Source: an uncultured Alphaproteobacteria bacterium
GTDB taxonomy: Bacteria; Pseudomonadota; Alphaproteobacteria; Rhizobiales; Aestuariivirgaceae
DNA: 64,000 nt
Assembly: GCA_937870685.1 (NCBI GenBank)
Contig: CALMZX010000144.1
Span: forward strand, 859-64,858
Direction: 5' to 3'
Shown: in pieces, positions 9,925-18,591 of the stretch
Position numbering within the stretch: the stretch's first letter is position 1
Layout of the letters: each line of letters opens with the position of its first letter
The notes under the pieces: model-generated
Told to the model about the DNA's origin: nothing
Seen by the model: the letters and a program-made list of their open reading frames with translations, nothing else
The model's database searches: none
Translations under genes and position numbers: made by a program

Positions 9925-10931
9925 ACGAGATCCAGAAACTGAAATTCTACCAGAAGGGCACGCTCACGGTTGGCAACCGGTTGGTGGATGAAGCCCAGCG
10001 CAATGTGCAGGCCAGCCTGTCGCGCTCGAATTCACTCACCTGCGGACACCGCGCCTGCCAGGGTTGCGGCGAGGCTCTGGGCGCGCGTTATGCCATCGAT
10101 GCCGCCATGCGGGCGAGCGGCAACAATCTCATCGCCGTCAACGCCACCGGCTGTCTGGAAGTCTTCACCACGCCCTATCCCGAAACGTCCTGGCAGATGC
10201 CATGGATGCACTCGCTTTTCGGAAACGCGGCGGCGGTGGCAACAGGTGTGGCGGCGGCCATGCGCGTCACCAACAGGGCGGGCACACGCGTTGTCGCGCA
10301 GGGCGGCGATGGCGGCACCACGGATATCGGCTTCGGCTGCCTCTCTGGCATGTTCGAACGCAACGATGACGTGCTCTACATCTGCTACGACAACGAAGGT
10401 TACATGAACACGGGCGTGCAGCGCTCCTCGGCAACACCGCCCGCGGCACGCACCGCCACCACGCCGGTTCTGGGGGATGAGCCCGGCAATGTCTTCGGCA
10501 CCGGCAAGTTCGTGCCCAAGATCGCCGTGGCCCACGACATTCCCTATGTGGCGACGGCCAGTGTCGCCGACCTGCACGATCTCGAAATGAAGGTGACCAA
10601 GGCCATGGGTTTCCGGGGTGCGCGCTACATCCAGATCAATGTGCCGTGTCCGCTCGGCTGGGGGGCTGCCTCCCATGACACGATCCGCCTGGCGCGGCTC
10701 GCCATCGAAACCGGCCTGTTCCCCATTTTCGAGGCCGAAAATGGCCGCTTCACACATGTGCGCAAGATCAGGCAGCGCAAGTCCGTCGCCGAATATCTCA
10801 AGCTGCAGCGGCGCTTTGCCCACCTCTTCAAGGGCGGCAAGGAGGACCCCCGCGTGGCGCGCATCCAGGCCATCGCCGACCGTCACATCGCGGACTTCGG
10901 CCTTCTCGAGACACCGGCAGGAGCGGCCTGA
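9921..10931 (+). CDS. porB: 2-oxoacid oxidoreductase, beta (TPP-binding) subunit
   Basis: HRACQGCG, ATGCLEV, GGDGG...YDNEGYMNTG (TPP motif), VPCPLGW. Confidence 0.92.
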   Translation: MNEIQKLKFYQKGTLTVGNRLVDEAQRNVQASLSRSNSLTCGHRACQGCGEALGARYAIDAAMRASGNNLIAVNATGCLEVFTTPYPETSWQMPWMHSLFGNAAAVATGVAAAMRVTNRAGTRVVAQGGDGGTTDIGFGCLSGMFERNDDVLYICYDNEGYMNTGVQRSSATPPAARTATTPVLGDEPGNVFGTGKFVPKIAVAHDIPYVATASVADLHDLEMKVTKAMGFRGARYIQINVPCPLGWGAASHDTIRLARLAIETGLFPIFEAENGRFTHVRKIRQRKSVAEYLKLQRRFAHLFKGGKEDPRVARIQAIADRHIADFGLLETPAGAA

Positions 10932-12556
10932 TGAAACACCCCTATGCCATTGCACTCGACGTGGGCACCAGCCGCCGCAACCTCACGGGATCATGGCGCA
11001 CCCTGCGGCCCGAATATGTTGACCGCCTGCCGCCGTGCAACAATGCCTGCCCGGCAGGCGAGGATATCCAGGGCTGGCTGTTCCATGCGGAGTCGGGCGA
11101 CTACGAGGCGGCATGGCGGGCACTGACGCTCAACAATCCGCTGCCCGCGATCATGGGGCGCGTGTGCTATCATCCGTGTGAAAATGCCTGCAACCGGGCC
11201 AGCATCGATGTGGCCGTCGGGATCAATTCGGTTGAGCGTTTCCTCGGCGACCTGGCAATCGAAAAGGGCTGGGCCTTCGCGCCGCCACCATCTGAAAGTG
11301 GCAAGAAAGTGCTTGTGGTGGGGGCTGGCCCCGCGGGGCTTTCGGCTGCCTATCACCTGCGCCGCCTCGGCCATCAGGTGACCCTGCGTGAGGCCGGGCC
11401 ACTGGCGGGTGGCATGATGCGGTTTGGCATCCCGAAATACCGCCTGCCGCGCCAGATCATCGATGCCGAAGTGAAGCGTATCACTGCCATGGGCGTTGAG
11501 CTTGTTCTCGACAGCAAGGTCGATGACATTGAGCAGGCAATGAAGGACGGCGGTTTTGACGCGGCGTTCCTTGCCGTCGGGGCTCATATCGCGAAGCGCG
11601 CTTATGTCCCGGCGGCAGGTGCTGCCAAGGTGCTGGATGCGGTACAGTTCCTGCGCTCCATGGAGGGCGAGGCACCGCCGCTCCTGGGCCGCAAGGTTGT
11701 TGTCTATGGTGGTGGCAACACGGCCATTGACGTGGCCCGCACGGCGCGCCGTCTCGGCGCGGAAGAAGCAATCATCGTTTACCGCCGCACCCGCGAGAAA
11801 ATGCCTGCCCATGACTTCGAGGTCGAGGAGGCACTGGAAGAGGGCGTGTCGATGAAATGGCTTTCCACCATCAAAACGGTGGATGGTGGCACCCTGCAGA
11901 TCGAGAAGATGGCGCTGGACGACAAGGGCTTTCCCCAGCCCACCGGCGAGTTCGAAACGCTGGAGGCAGACAGTCTCGTTCTGGCGCTGGGGCAAGACGT
12001 GGATCTCTCGCTGCTCGACAACGCGCCCGGCATCGTCATCCAGGACGGCGTGGTGAAAGTCGGGCCGGACATGATGACGGGGCGCGCGGGCGTCTTTGCC
12101 GGTGGCGACATGGCACCCTCGGAGCGCACCGTCACGGTGGCGGTCGGCCATGGCAAGAAGGCGGCGCGCTACATTGACGGCTACCTGCGCGGTGAACCCT
12201 ACGCGGCTGCGCCCAAACATGGCCTTGCTTCGGCCGACCGCCTGAACAGCTGGTATTATGAGGATGCGCCCGCCACGGTTCGGCCCATGCTCAACGCGGC
12301 GCGGCGCATCAACAGCTTCGAGGAAGTGCAGGGCGGACTTGACGAGACCAATGCCCTCTACGAGGCCCGGCGCTGCCTGTCCTGCGGCAACTGCTTCGAG
12401 TGTGACAACTGTTATGGAGTCTGCCCGGACAATGCCGTCATCAAGCTTGGCGCGGGAAACCGATTCCGCATCGACTATGACTACTGCAAGGGCTGTGGCC
12501 TGTGCGCTGCCGAATGTCCCTGCGGTGCCATCGACATGGTACCAGAGACCATCTGA
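10931..12556 (+). CDS. PorD-like 4Fe-4S protein fused with a GltD/SudA-like FAD/NADPH oxidoreductase
   Basis: N-terminal TGSWRTLRP (PorD-like); PPCNNACP...GRVCYHPCENAC Fe-S domain; GAGPAG FAD site; GGGNTAID...YRR NADPH site; C-terminal ferredoxin motifs CFECDNCYGVCP and CKGCGLCAAECP. Confidence 0.85.
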   Translation: MKHPYAIALDVGTSRRNLTGSWRTLRPEYVDRLPPCNNACPAGEDIQGWLFHAESGDYEAAWRALTLNNPLPAIMGRVCYHPCENACNRASIDVAVGINSVERFLGDLAIEKGWAFAPPPSESGKKVLVVGAGPAGLSAAYHLRRLGHQVTLREAGPLAGGMMRFGIPKYRLPRQIIDAEVKRITAMGVELVLDSKVDDIEQAMKDGGFDAAFLAVGAHIAKRAYVPAAGAAKVLDAVQFLRSMEGEAPPLLGRKVVVYGGGNTAIDVARTARRLGAEEAIIVYRRTREKMPAHDFEVEEALEEGVSMKWLSTIKTVDGGTLQIEKMALDDKGFPQPTGEFETLEADSLVLALGQDVDLSLLDNAPGIVIQDGVVKVGPDMMTGRAGVFAGGDMAPSERTVTVAVGHGKKAARYIDGYLRGEPYAAAPKHGLASADRLNSWYYEDAPATVRPMLNAARRINSFEEVQGGLDETNALYEARRCLSCGNCFECDNCYGVCPDNAVIKLGAGNRFRIDYDYCKGCGLCAAECPCGAIDMVPETI

Positions 12557-12559
12557 TCC

Positions 12560-13795
12560 TCAGCGCACCAGACGCACCAGTTCGTTGCTGATCTGGCCCG
12601 CGATCTCGGAGAAGACGAGGCTGATGGATTTTCCGTCCGCATCAGGCTCGTAGTATTTGCCCGGCGCGCAGTCCTTCAGCAGGTTGGTCACCTGCTTGTC
12701 GGTCACGTCATAGGCGATCGAGAACACGTTGATGCCCTTGCCCCGCATGCCGCTGCACAGGGATACCAGGTTCTGCTGTCCGTGCTGGATGTTACGGCTC
12801 TTGCCAGGACCCCATTGTTTTGAGGTCTGCACGCCGTCGGTGAGGAGAATGAGGTACTTGCGCGTCACGCCGTCTGTGTAGGATGCGGTGCCGGAGAATG
12901 GTGCCGCATCATCCAGCAGGTTCCAGCCGAACTCCGCGCCCAGTGCAATGTTGGTGTTGCCCAGCGGGCGCATGGCGTCCAGCTGCGCCTTGACCCTGGT
13001 GAAATCATCCGTGAGCGGAAGAATGTTCAATTGCCGCGTGGCATAGGCGCTGCAGTCGTAGTTGTCGGAGTTTTCCGAGGTCTTGTCGTAGTAGCCCCAC
13101 TTGCTGGTCGCATCGGAGGTTGGCGTGGTGACACCGGTGTTCAGGGGGTGATAGCGATCCTGGGTGCAGCCGGTCCAGATGGCGCCTCCTGTGGCCTGTG
13201 TCACATATTGGACGGGCATGGTGGTGCGGACCATGGCCGAGAAGGGCACCAGCCCGACCTTGAAGCTGCCGTCCTCGGAAGCGGCATCGAGTTTCGCCAC
13301 CATGTCTTTGGCGGCGGCGGCCATGCGCACGTATTTGCCGGATTCACCCATGGAACCGGAGTAGTCGAGCACCAGCACCACTTCAGCCTTGCCGCTTCCC
13401 GGCAGCATCACCTCGGTGCGGGCCTTGGCCTTCATCCTGTCAACGCCGCCCAGTTTCATGAGCAGGCTGGGCATGTCTTCGCTGATGGTGGCGATGACGG
13501 AATTTCCGGTCAGCTTGATGCTGACCTCCGGCGGCGTGGAGTCGATCTTGGTGAGGTTCTTGTCCACATAGGATTTGGCGATGCTGGCACGTTCGGCTTC
13601 GCTGGCGTTCTTGGCTGTCGCGGCCGCAAGTGCTGCACCGTCGAGCACGGCGCTGAGTTCCGTCTGCCGGTCAGAGAGGCGGATGAAATCCACCGCAACG
13701 CCTGCAGCGAGCAGCGCCGGAATGGCCAGAAGTCCGAAGAGGGGCCCGGTGCTGCCGGACGTTGACCGGAGGAATGCCGCGCAGGTGCGGATCAT
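12560..13795 (-). CDS. TadE/TadG-like pilin-motif protein with VWA domain
   Basis: N-terminal G-x3-PLFGLLAIPALL hydrophobic segment; VLVLDYSGSM MIDAS; GNTN; ILLTDG. Confidence 0.8.
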   Translation of the reverse strand: MIRTCAAFLRSTSGSTGPLFGLLAIPALLAAGVAVDFIRLSDRQTELSAVLDGAALAAATAKNASEAERASIAKSYVDKNLTKIDSTPPEVSIKLTGNSVIATISEDMPSLLMKLGGVDRMKAKARTEVMLPGSGKAEVVLVLDYSGSMGESGKYVRMAAAAKDMVAKLDAASEDGSFKVGLVPFSAMVRTTMPVQYVTQATGGAIWTGCTQDRYHPLNTGVTTPTSDATSKWGYYDKTSENSDNYDCSAYATRQLNILPLTDDFTRVKAQLDAMRPLGNTNIALGAEFGWNLLDDAAPFSGTASYTDGVTRKYLILLTDGVQTSKQWGPGKSRNIQHGQQNLVSLCSGMRGKGINVFSIAYDVTDKQVTNLLKDCAPGKYYEPDADGKSISLVFSEIAGQISNELVRLVR

Positions 13796-13906
13796 GATCT
13801 GCCATCCTTGAACGCCCCGGTAATGTCCGTATTAGTTCAAAGACGGCAAAAAAAGCTGAACAGATTGCCTCAAATTTGAGGCATCTGCCGGTTTCCTCTC
13901 AGATTG

Positions 13907-14599
13907 TCAGTCCTTGCGCGGCCGGGCCACGTCGTTGGAACCCTCGGGCTCCGGGCCGTGGCCATAGCTCATGCGCTTCATCTGGGCGATGACGCGCTCC
14001 ATTTCGTCATCCGGCAGGATCGGCGGTTCGCCAAGCGTGAGGGCCTGAACATAGAGGCGCGAAATGGTCTCGACTTCCACTGCAAGCCAAAGGGCCTTGT
14101 CGAGGGATTTGCCCAGCGAGATCTGGCCATGCTGTCCGAGCAGGCAGGCGAGGCGTCCTTCGAGGGCTTCAATGGCCGCATCCGAAAGCGCCTGCGTGCC
14201 GAAGGTGGCATAGCGGGCGCAACGGATCGTGGTGCCGCCGGCGACACCAGTCATGTAGTGGAAGGAGGGAATGGTCTTGTGGTGCACGGCGAGCGTCGTC
14301 GCATAGACCGAGTGACAGTGCAGCACCACGTCAATGTCCGTGCGGTGCCTGAGGATGTCGCGGTGGAAGCGCCATTCGGAGGAGGGACGGCGGCCCACAT
14401 AGGTGCCGTCGAAAGCCATCTCGACGATGTCCTCGGGCTGCATGATGTCATAGGGCAGCGATGAGGGGGTGATCAGGAAGCTATTGCCCACGCGCAGCGA
14501 GAGGTTGCCTGCCGTTCCCTGGTTGATGCCGCTGGCATTCATCTTGCGGCAGATGTCAACCATGGCGCGGCGTTCGGCGAGGTGGGAAATCTCAGGCAT
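13907..14599 (-). CDS. Class II aldolase/adducin family (fuculose-phosphate aldolase-like)
   Basis: GTAGNLS, PSSEWRFH, HCHS, GQHG metal-binding motifs. Confidence 0.88.
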   Translation of the reverse strand: MPEISHLAERRAMVDICRKMNASGINQGTAGNLSLRVGNSFLITPSSLPYDIMQPEDIVEMAFDGTYVGRRPSSEWRFHRDILRHRTDIDVVLHCHSVYATTLAVHHKTIPSFHYMTGVAGGTTIRCARYATFGTQALSDAAIEALEGRLACLLGQHGQISLGKSLDKALWLAVEVETISRLYVQALTLGEPPILPDDEMERVIAQMKRMSYGHGPEPEGSNDVARPRKD

Positions 14600-14711
14600 G
14601 TCTCGGCTTCCTTTTTCTTGCTGGCGGCTTCATTCCACCACCGCCCGGCGAGAGCAAGCGGAGATGTGGCGGACATGCCATGCGGCTGGAACAAGCCTCA
14701 CGACACAGGTT

Positions 14712-15500
14712 TCAGGTGAGCGAAACTGACACTTTTCCGAGCGATCCGAAGTCGCCCTCCACGTGGTCGCCGGCGGCAATGGCCATGGGAACAAGGCAGG
14801 TGCCGGTGGTCACCACTTCCCCCGCCCTGGCGGTGATGCCGTGGGCGGAGAGTTCATTCACCAGCCAGGTCATGGCAATGCGCGGTGAGCCCAGCACATT
14901 GGCACCCTTTCCGTGGACGTCGGGCTTGTCGGCCACACGGCCCACGGGCGCGAAGGCCGCAAGGTCCATCTCCCGCCAGGTGTCAGGCATGGCCTCTCCG
15001 ATGCAGAGCCAGTGGGCGCAGGCATTGTCGGCGATCAGGGCAGGGGCGCCAACGGTCTCGAAGCGGTCATAGCGGCTGTCGGGAATCTCGATCGAGGGAT
15101 GCAGGCCCGCAACAGCGCCGAAGACCTCGTCCTCCGCGTAGGCCGTGCGCCGGGGCGGCAGGTCCCGTCCGAGGCGGAAGGCAAATTCCACCTCTGCCAC
15201 TTTCATGTGGTTGTTGCCGAAGGGAATGCGCCCCCCCGAGGGCACCACGCGCTCGGCGATGTAGCGGCCAGCCAAGGGCCCATCGACACCGATGTGTTTC
15301 TGCCCGGCGATGCTGGTGGCGGCGATCTTCCATCCGGCCAGCGGTTTGGCTGACAGAGCCTGCCAGTGGCTCTGCACCACATAGGCGACGGCGCGGCTTG
15401 CCGGCGCACAGGAGGCGGGGAGTGCGGCGAGGCGTGTCTGGGCTTGCCAGTGGCCGATCAGGATGCGTGCGGCTTCCGCAGCGGTCGTGTCATCAAACAT
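14712..15500 (-). CDS. 2-keto-4-pentenoate hydratase / FAA-hydrolase superfamily protein
   Basis: GWKIAATS, EVEFAF, IEIPDSR, IADNA, AGEVVTTGT motifs. Confidence 0.85.
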   Translation of the reverse strand: MFDDTTAAEAARILIGHWQAQTRLAALPASCAPASRAVAYVVQSHWQALSAKPLAGWKIAATSIAGQKHIGVDGPLAGRYIAERVVPSGGRIPFGNNHMKVAEVEFAFRLGRDLPPRRTAYAEDEVFGAVAGLHPSIEIPDSRYDRFETVGAPALIADNACAHWLCIGEAMPDTWREMDLAAFAPVGRVADKPDVHGKGANVLGSPRIAMTWLVNELSAHGITARAGEVVTTGTCLVPMAIAAGDHVEGDFGSLGKVSVSLT

Positions 15501-15542
15501 GTCCCCAGCATGCGATGGCCACATCCCTTGTGCAAGCCCGTG

Positions 15543-16001
15543 TCAGGCCTGCAATTCATCGGGGCAGGTGGAGGCCAAGCCCTGTACGGAACCCCGGGCC
15601 GTGTAGTCCGAGCGCCTGCCGGTTTCCAGCGCCTCGCGCTCCGTGTCGGCTGCGGCGTAGAAGTCAAAGCAGTTGGCGCTCACCTGCACGATGCGGAAAC
15701 AGCCGCCGTTCATGGCGGTGTAGAAGGTGCAGAAAAGGTTGTTGATGACAGACCATTGGCCTGTGCTCACGGTGCGCGGGTCCCAGTAGTCGATGGCGCC
15801 CCCTGCATGATAGCTCTCGCGGAAGGCCAGTCCGTCGCGATAGGCCCCGGCCACGGTCTTGCCTTCGAAGGCGGTGATGATCTCTGGCCCTTGCAGCAGC
15901 CTTGCCTCCGGCGGTCTTGTCTTGCCCTCCGCCAGCACCAGAAGCAGCAGTGGCAGCGCCAGTGACAATGCCGTCCGGCTCAGGCTTCGATGATCTTCCA
16001 T
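15543..16001 (-). CDS. Hypothetical exported protein
   Basis: Hydrophobic signal-like segment, then a beta-rich domain with three Cys (GQWSVINNLFCTFY..GGCF..NCFDFY). Start uncertain. Confidence 0.6.
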   Translation of the reverse strand: MEDHRSLSRTALSLALPLLLLVLAEGKTRPPEARLLQGPEIITAFEGKTVAGAYRDGLAFRESYHAGGAIDYWDPRTVSTGQWSVINNLFCTFYTAMNGGCFRIVQVSANCFDFYAAADTEREALETGRRSDYTARGSVQGLASTCPDELQA

Positions 16002-16396
16002 TCGTGGGCAATCTCCGCCGTCTTTTCAAACATCTTGGAAGCTGAACAATATTTTTCCGCCGAAAGTTTGACGGCGCGCTCGACCACTGCCGGTTTCAGG
16101 CCGTGGCCCTTGAAGGTGTAGATGAGCTTCACCTTGGTGAAGACCTTGGGGTCTTCGGCGGCGCGTTCGCCATCCAGTTCGATCTCGCAACCCGTCACCT
16201 TCTCGCGGGCCTTTTCGAGGATCATGACAACGTCGAAGGCGGTGCAGCCGCCAAGGCCGAGAAGCAGCATTTCCATGGGGCGCACGCCGATGTTGCGGCC
16301 ACCCGCTTCCGGTGCCCCGTCCATGACGACGGCATGGCCCGACCCGGACTCACCCAGAAAGGCACGGCCGTTGATCCAGGTGACTTTGGCTTTCAT
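15980..16396 (-). CDS. OsmC/YhfA family protein
   Basis: MKAKVTW...SGSGHAVVMDG...RPMEMLLLGLGGCTAFDV...SAEKYCSAS. Confidence 0.9.
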   Translation of the reverse strand: MKAKVTWINGRAFLGESGSGHAVVMDGAPEAGGRNIGVRPMEMLLLGLGGCTAFDVVMILEKAREKVTGCEIELDGERAAEDPKVFTKVKLIYTFKGHGLKPAVVERAVKLSAEKYCSASKMFEKTAEIAHEWKIIEA

Positions 16397-16486
16397 GTGG
16401 GTTGCTCCCGCCTCGCATTGGTCCGCGCCCAGATAGTCGGGCGCGCGGCGTTGGTCAAAGCCATTTCCCGTGATAGCCTGCCTGCC

Positions 16487-16756
16487 ATGGCTACAGTGCA
16501 CTTCACCTCCAACCTGAGGCGGCATGTGGATTGCCCGCGCGTCGAAAGCACCGGTGGCACGGTGAAAGCCGTGCTCGACGGGGCCTTCGCGAGCAATCCG
16601 CAACTGCGCCACTACATCCTTGATGACCAGGGTGCGTTGCGCAAGCACATGCGCATCCTGATCGACGGCCAGGCCATCATTGCCCGTCACCACCTGTCAG
16701 ACATCGTTACCCCCACGTCTCAGATCTGGGTCATGCAGGCCCTCTCGGGAGGATAG
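16487..16756 (+). CDS. MoaD/ThiS ubiquitin-like (beta-grasp) protein
   Basis: 89 aa; GGTVKAVLD, ILDDQGALRKHMRILIDG, C-terminal ALSGG. Confidence 0.88.
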   Translation: MATVHFTSNLRRHVDCPRVESTGGTVKAVLDGAFASNPQLRHYILDDQGALRKHMRILIDGQAIIARHHLSDIVTPTSQIWVMQALSGG

Positions 16757-16759
16757 GAA

Positions 16760-17863
16760 ATGGCACGCAGCGTCATGGTTTCCACCCGCAAGGGCCTGTT
16801 CGAAGTGAGCAAGGGAAGCCGTGGCTGGGGCGTGCGGGAGGCGCATTTCATCGGTGACAACGTCACTCTTTCGCTCCACGACCCGCGGGACGGCACGGAC
16901 TATGCTGCCCTCAACCACGGCCACTTCGGCATCAAGCTGCACCGGCGCGACAAGGGCAAGAAGCGCTGGAAGGAAATCACCACGCCGGCCTATCCGAAGA
17001 AGCCCGAGACGCTGGTGGACCTCGATGGCTGGGGCAAGCCGGTGAACTGGAGCACGCAACTGATCTGGTCCATGGAAACGGGCGGGCCGGACCAGAAGGG
17101 CACGATCTGGGTCGGCACCATGCCGGGCGGGTTGTTCCGCTCCACCGACCGTGGCCAGTCCTGGGAGCTGATGGAAAGCCTGTGGCGGCATCCCAACCGC
17201 AACAAGTGGCTGGGCGGCGGGGCCGACATTCCCGGCATTCATTCCATCTGCGTTGATCCGCGCGATCCTGACACCGTTCGCGTCGCCATTTCCTGCGGCG
17301 GTGTCTGGGTGACGAAGGATGCGGGTGAAAGCTGGGTGCAGTCGGCACACGGCATGCGCTTTGGCGATGGCCCGGAAGAGGGGCTCACTGATCCCGAAAC
17401 GCAGGACCCGCACATGATGGTGCAATGCGCCGCTGACCCGTCAACGTTCTGGGTGCAGCACCACTACAGCATCTTCAAGTCGGTGAACGACGGTGTCAGC
17501 TGGAAGGAAGTGAAGGCCAAGCCGTCATCGTTCGGCTTCGCTGTTGTCGTGCACCCGAAGGACCCGGACACAGCGTGGTTCGTGCCCGGTATCAAGGATG
17601 AAAAGCGCATCCCCGTTGGGGGAGCACTGGTGGTGACGCGCACCAGTGATGGTGGCAAGACGTTCAAGAGCCTGACCAAGGGCCTGCCGCAGAAGCACGC
17701 CTATGACGTGATCTTCCGACACGGCCTCGCCATCGACGACACGGGCAAGCGCCTCGCCATGGGCTCGACCACCGGCAACCTGTGGATCAGCGAGAACGGC
17801 GGGGATTCGTGGAAACTGGTGAGTTCCACCCTGCCTCAGGTCTATGCGGTGCGCTGGGTGTAG
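16760..17863 (+). CDS. BNR/Asp-box repeat beta-propeller protein (no signal peptide evident)
   Basis: Repeated Asp-boxes: STDRGQSW, TKDAGESW, SVNDGVSW, TSDGGKTF, SENGGDSW. Confidence 0.88.
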   Translation: MARSVMVSTRKGLFEVSKGSRGWGVREAHFIGDNVTLSLHDPRDGTDYAALNHGHFGIKLHRRDKGKKRWKEITTPAYPKKPETLVDLDGWGKPVNWSTQLIWSMETGGPDQKGTIWVGTMPGGLFRSTDRGQSWELMESLWRHPNRNKWLGGGADIPGIHSICVDPRDPDTVRVAISCGGVWVTKDAGESWVQSAHGMRFGDGPEEGLTDPETQDPHMMVQCAADPSTFWVQHHYSIFKSVNDGVSWKEVKAKPSSFGFAVVVHPKDPDTAWFVPGIKDEKRIPVGGALVVTRTSDGGKTFKSLTKGLPQKHAYDVIFRHGLAIDDTGKRLAMGSTTGNLWISENGGDSWKLVSSTLPQVYAVRWV

Positions 17864-17870
17864 GGCACTT

Positions 17871-17898
17871 TCTCCCTCCCCCTTGCGGGGGGATGGGC
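17871..17898. repeat. Short GC-rich palindrome (REP-like, CCCTCCCCC-TTGC-GGGGGGATGGG)
   Basis: Hairpin immediately after the propeller stop; similar to the hairpin at 30021-30044. Confidence 0.55.
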
Positions 17899-17948
17899 CG
17901 TCGTTCAGGATGTTTTGCAGGCCACATGTGAGTCCGGGAGTCACGTCC

Positions 17949-18422
17949 ATGAACAAGAACACCATCTGTCTCTGGTACGACCATGATGCCGAGGCAGCGG
18001 CCCGCTTCTATGCCGCCACGTTTCCCGACAGCAGTCTGGACCGCGTCGTCCACGCCCCGGCGGACTATCCTGACGGCCAGCAGGGTGCGGTTCTCTTTGT
18101 GGAGTTCACGGTCTGTGGCGTGGCCTGCTCCGGCATCAATGGCGGCCCGCATTTCAAGCAGAGCGAAGCCTTCTCATTCCTGATCCAGACCGAAGACCAG
18201 GCCGAAACCGACCGCTACTGGAACGCCATCGTGGGCAATGGCGGGCAGGAAAGCCAGTGCGGCTGGTGCAAGGACAGGTGGGGCGTCTCGTGGCAGATCA
18301 CGCCGCGCATCCTCATGGAGACCATGGCGAAAGGCGGCGACCCCGCCCGCCGCGTCTTCGAGGTGATGATGCCCATGCGGAAGATTGATATAGCCACGAT
18401 CGAGAAAGCGGCGCGGGGGTGA
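17949..18422 (+). CDS. VOC/PhnB-like family protein
   Basis: NTICLWYD, INGGPHF..SEAFSF, DQAETDRYW, CGWCKDRWGVSWQITP. Confidence 0.9.
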   Translation: MNKNTICLWYDHDAEAAARFYAATFPDSSLDRVVHAPADYPDGQQGAVLFVEFTVCGVACSGINGGPHFKQSEAFSFLIQTEDQAETDRYWNAIVGNGGQESQCGWCKDRWGVSWQITPRILMETMAKGGDPARRVFEVMMPMRKIDIATIEKAARG

Positions 18423-18427
18423 ACGTC

Positions 18428-18530
18428 CTCCAGCTGCGCACGCACAGGATCAGATCACCCCGGCGACATCTTCGTGAACTTGCAAGATTTGCCGGGTGAT
18501 CAGATGTTCGTGTGAACGCAGTGGCGGAGT
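18428..18530 (-). ncRNA. Candidate rod-shaped small RNA (unassigned)
   Basis: The whole 103-nt stretch folds into one long imperfect hairpin. Its end coincides with the predicted +1 of a minus-strand TTGACA-N17-TAGAAG promoter. Strand is uncertain because G-U pairs favour the plus strand. Confidence 0.45.
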
Positions 18531-18537
18531 GTGCCTG

Positions 18538-18566
18538 CTTCTAGCGGAAGGCCTGCGCAGTGTCAA
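18538..18566 (-). promoter_or_regulatory. Sigma70-type promoter pointing into the VOC/kinase intergenic hairpin
   Basis: Minus strand: TTGACA (18566-18561), 17-nt spacer, TAGAAG (18543-18538), with an A-rich tract upstream. Confidence 0.55.
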
Positions 18567-18591
18567 GTATTTTTTCCTAGTTCGGAAATTT

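Noticed and set aside
18422-18590. Long palindrome considered as an integron attC site, SRP RNA or tRNA
   Set aside because: Lacks RYYYAAC/GTTRRRY ends, the SRP domain-IV CAGG/GNRA motif and cloverleaf motifs.
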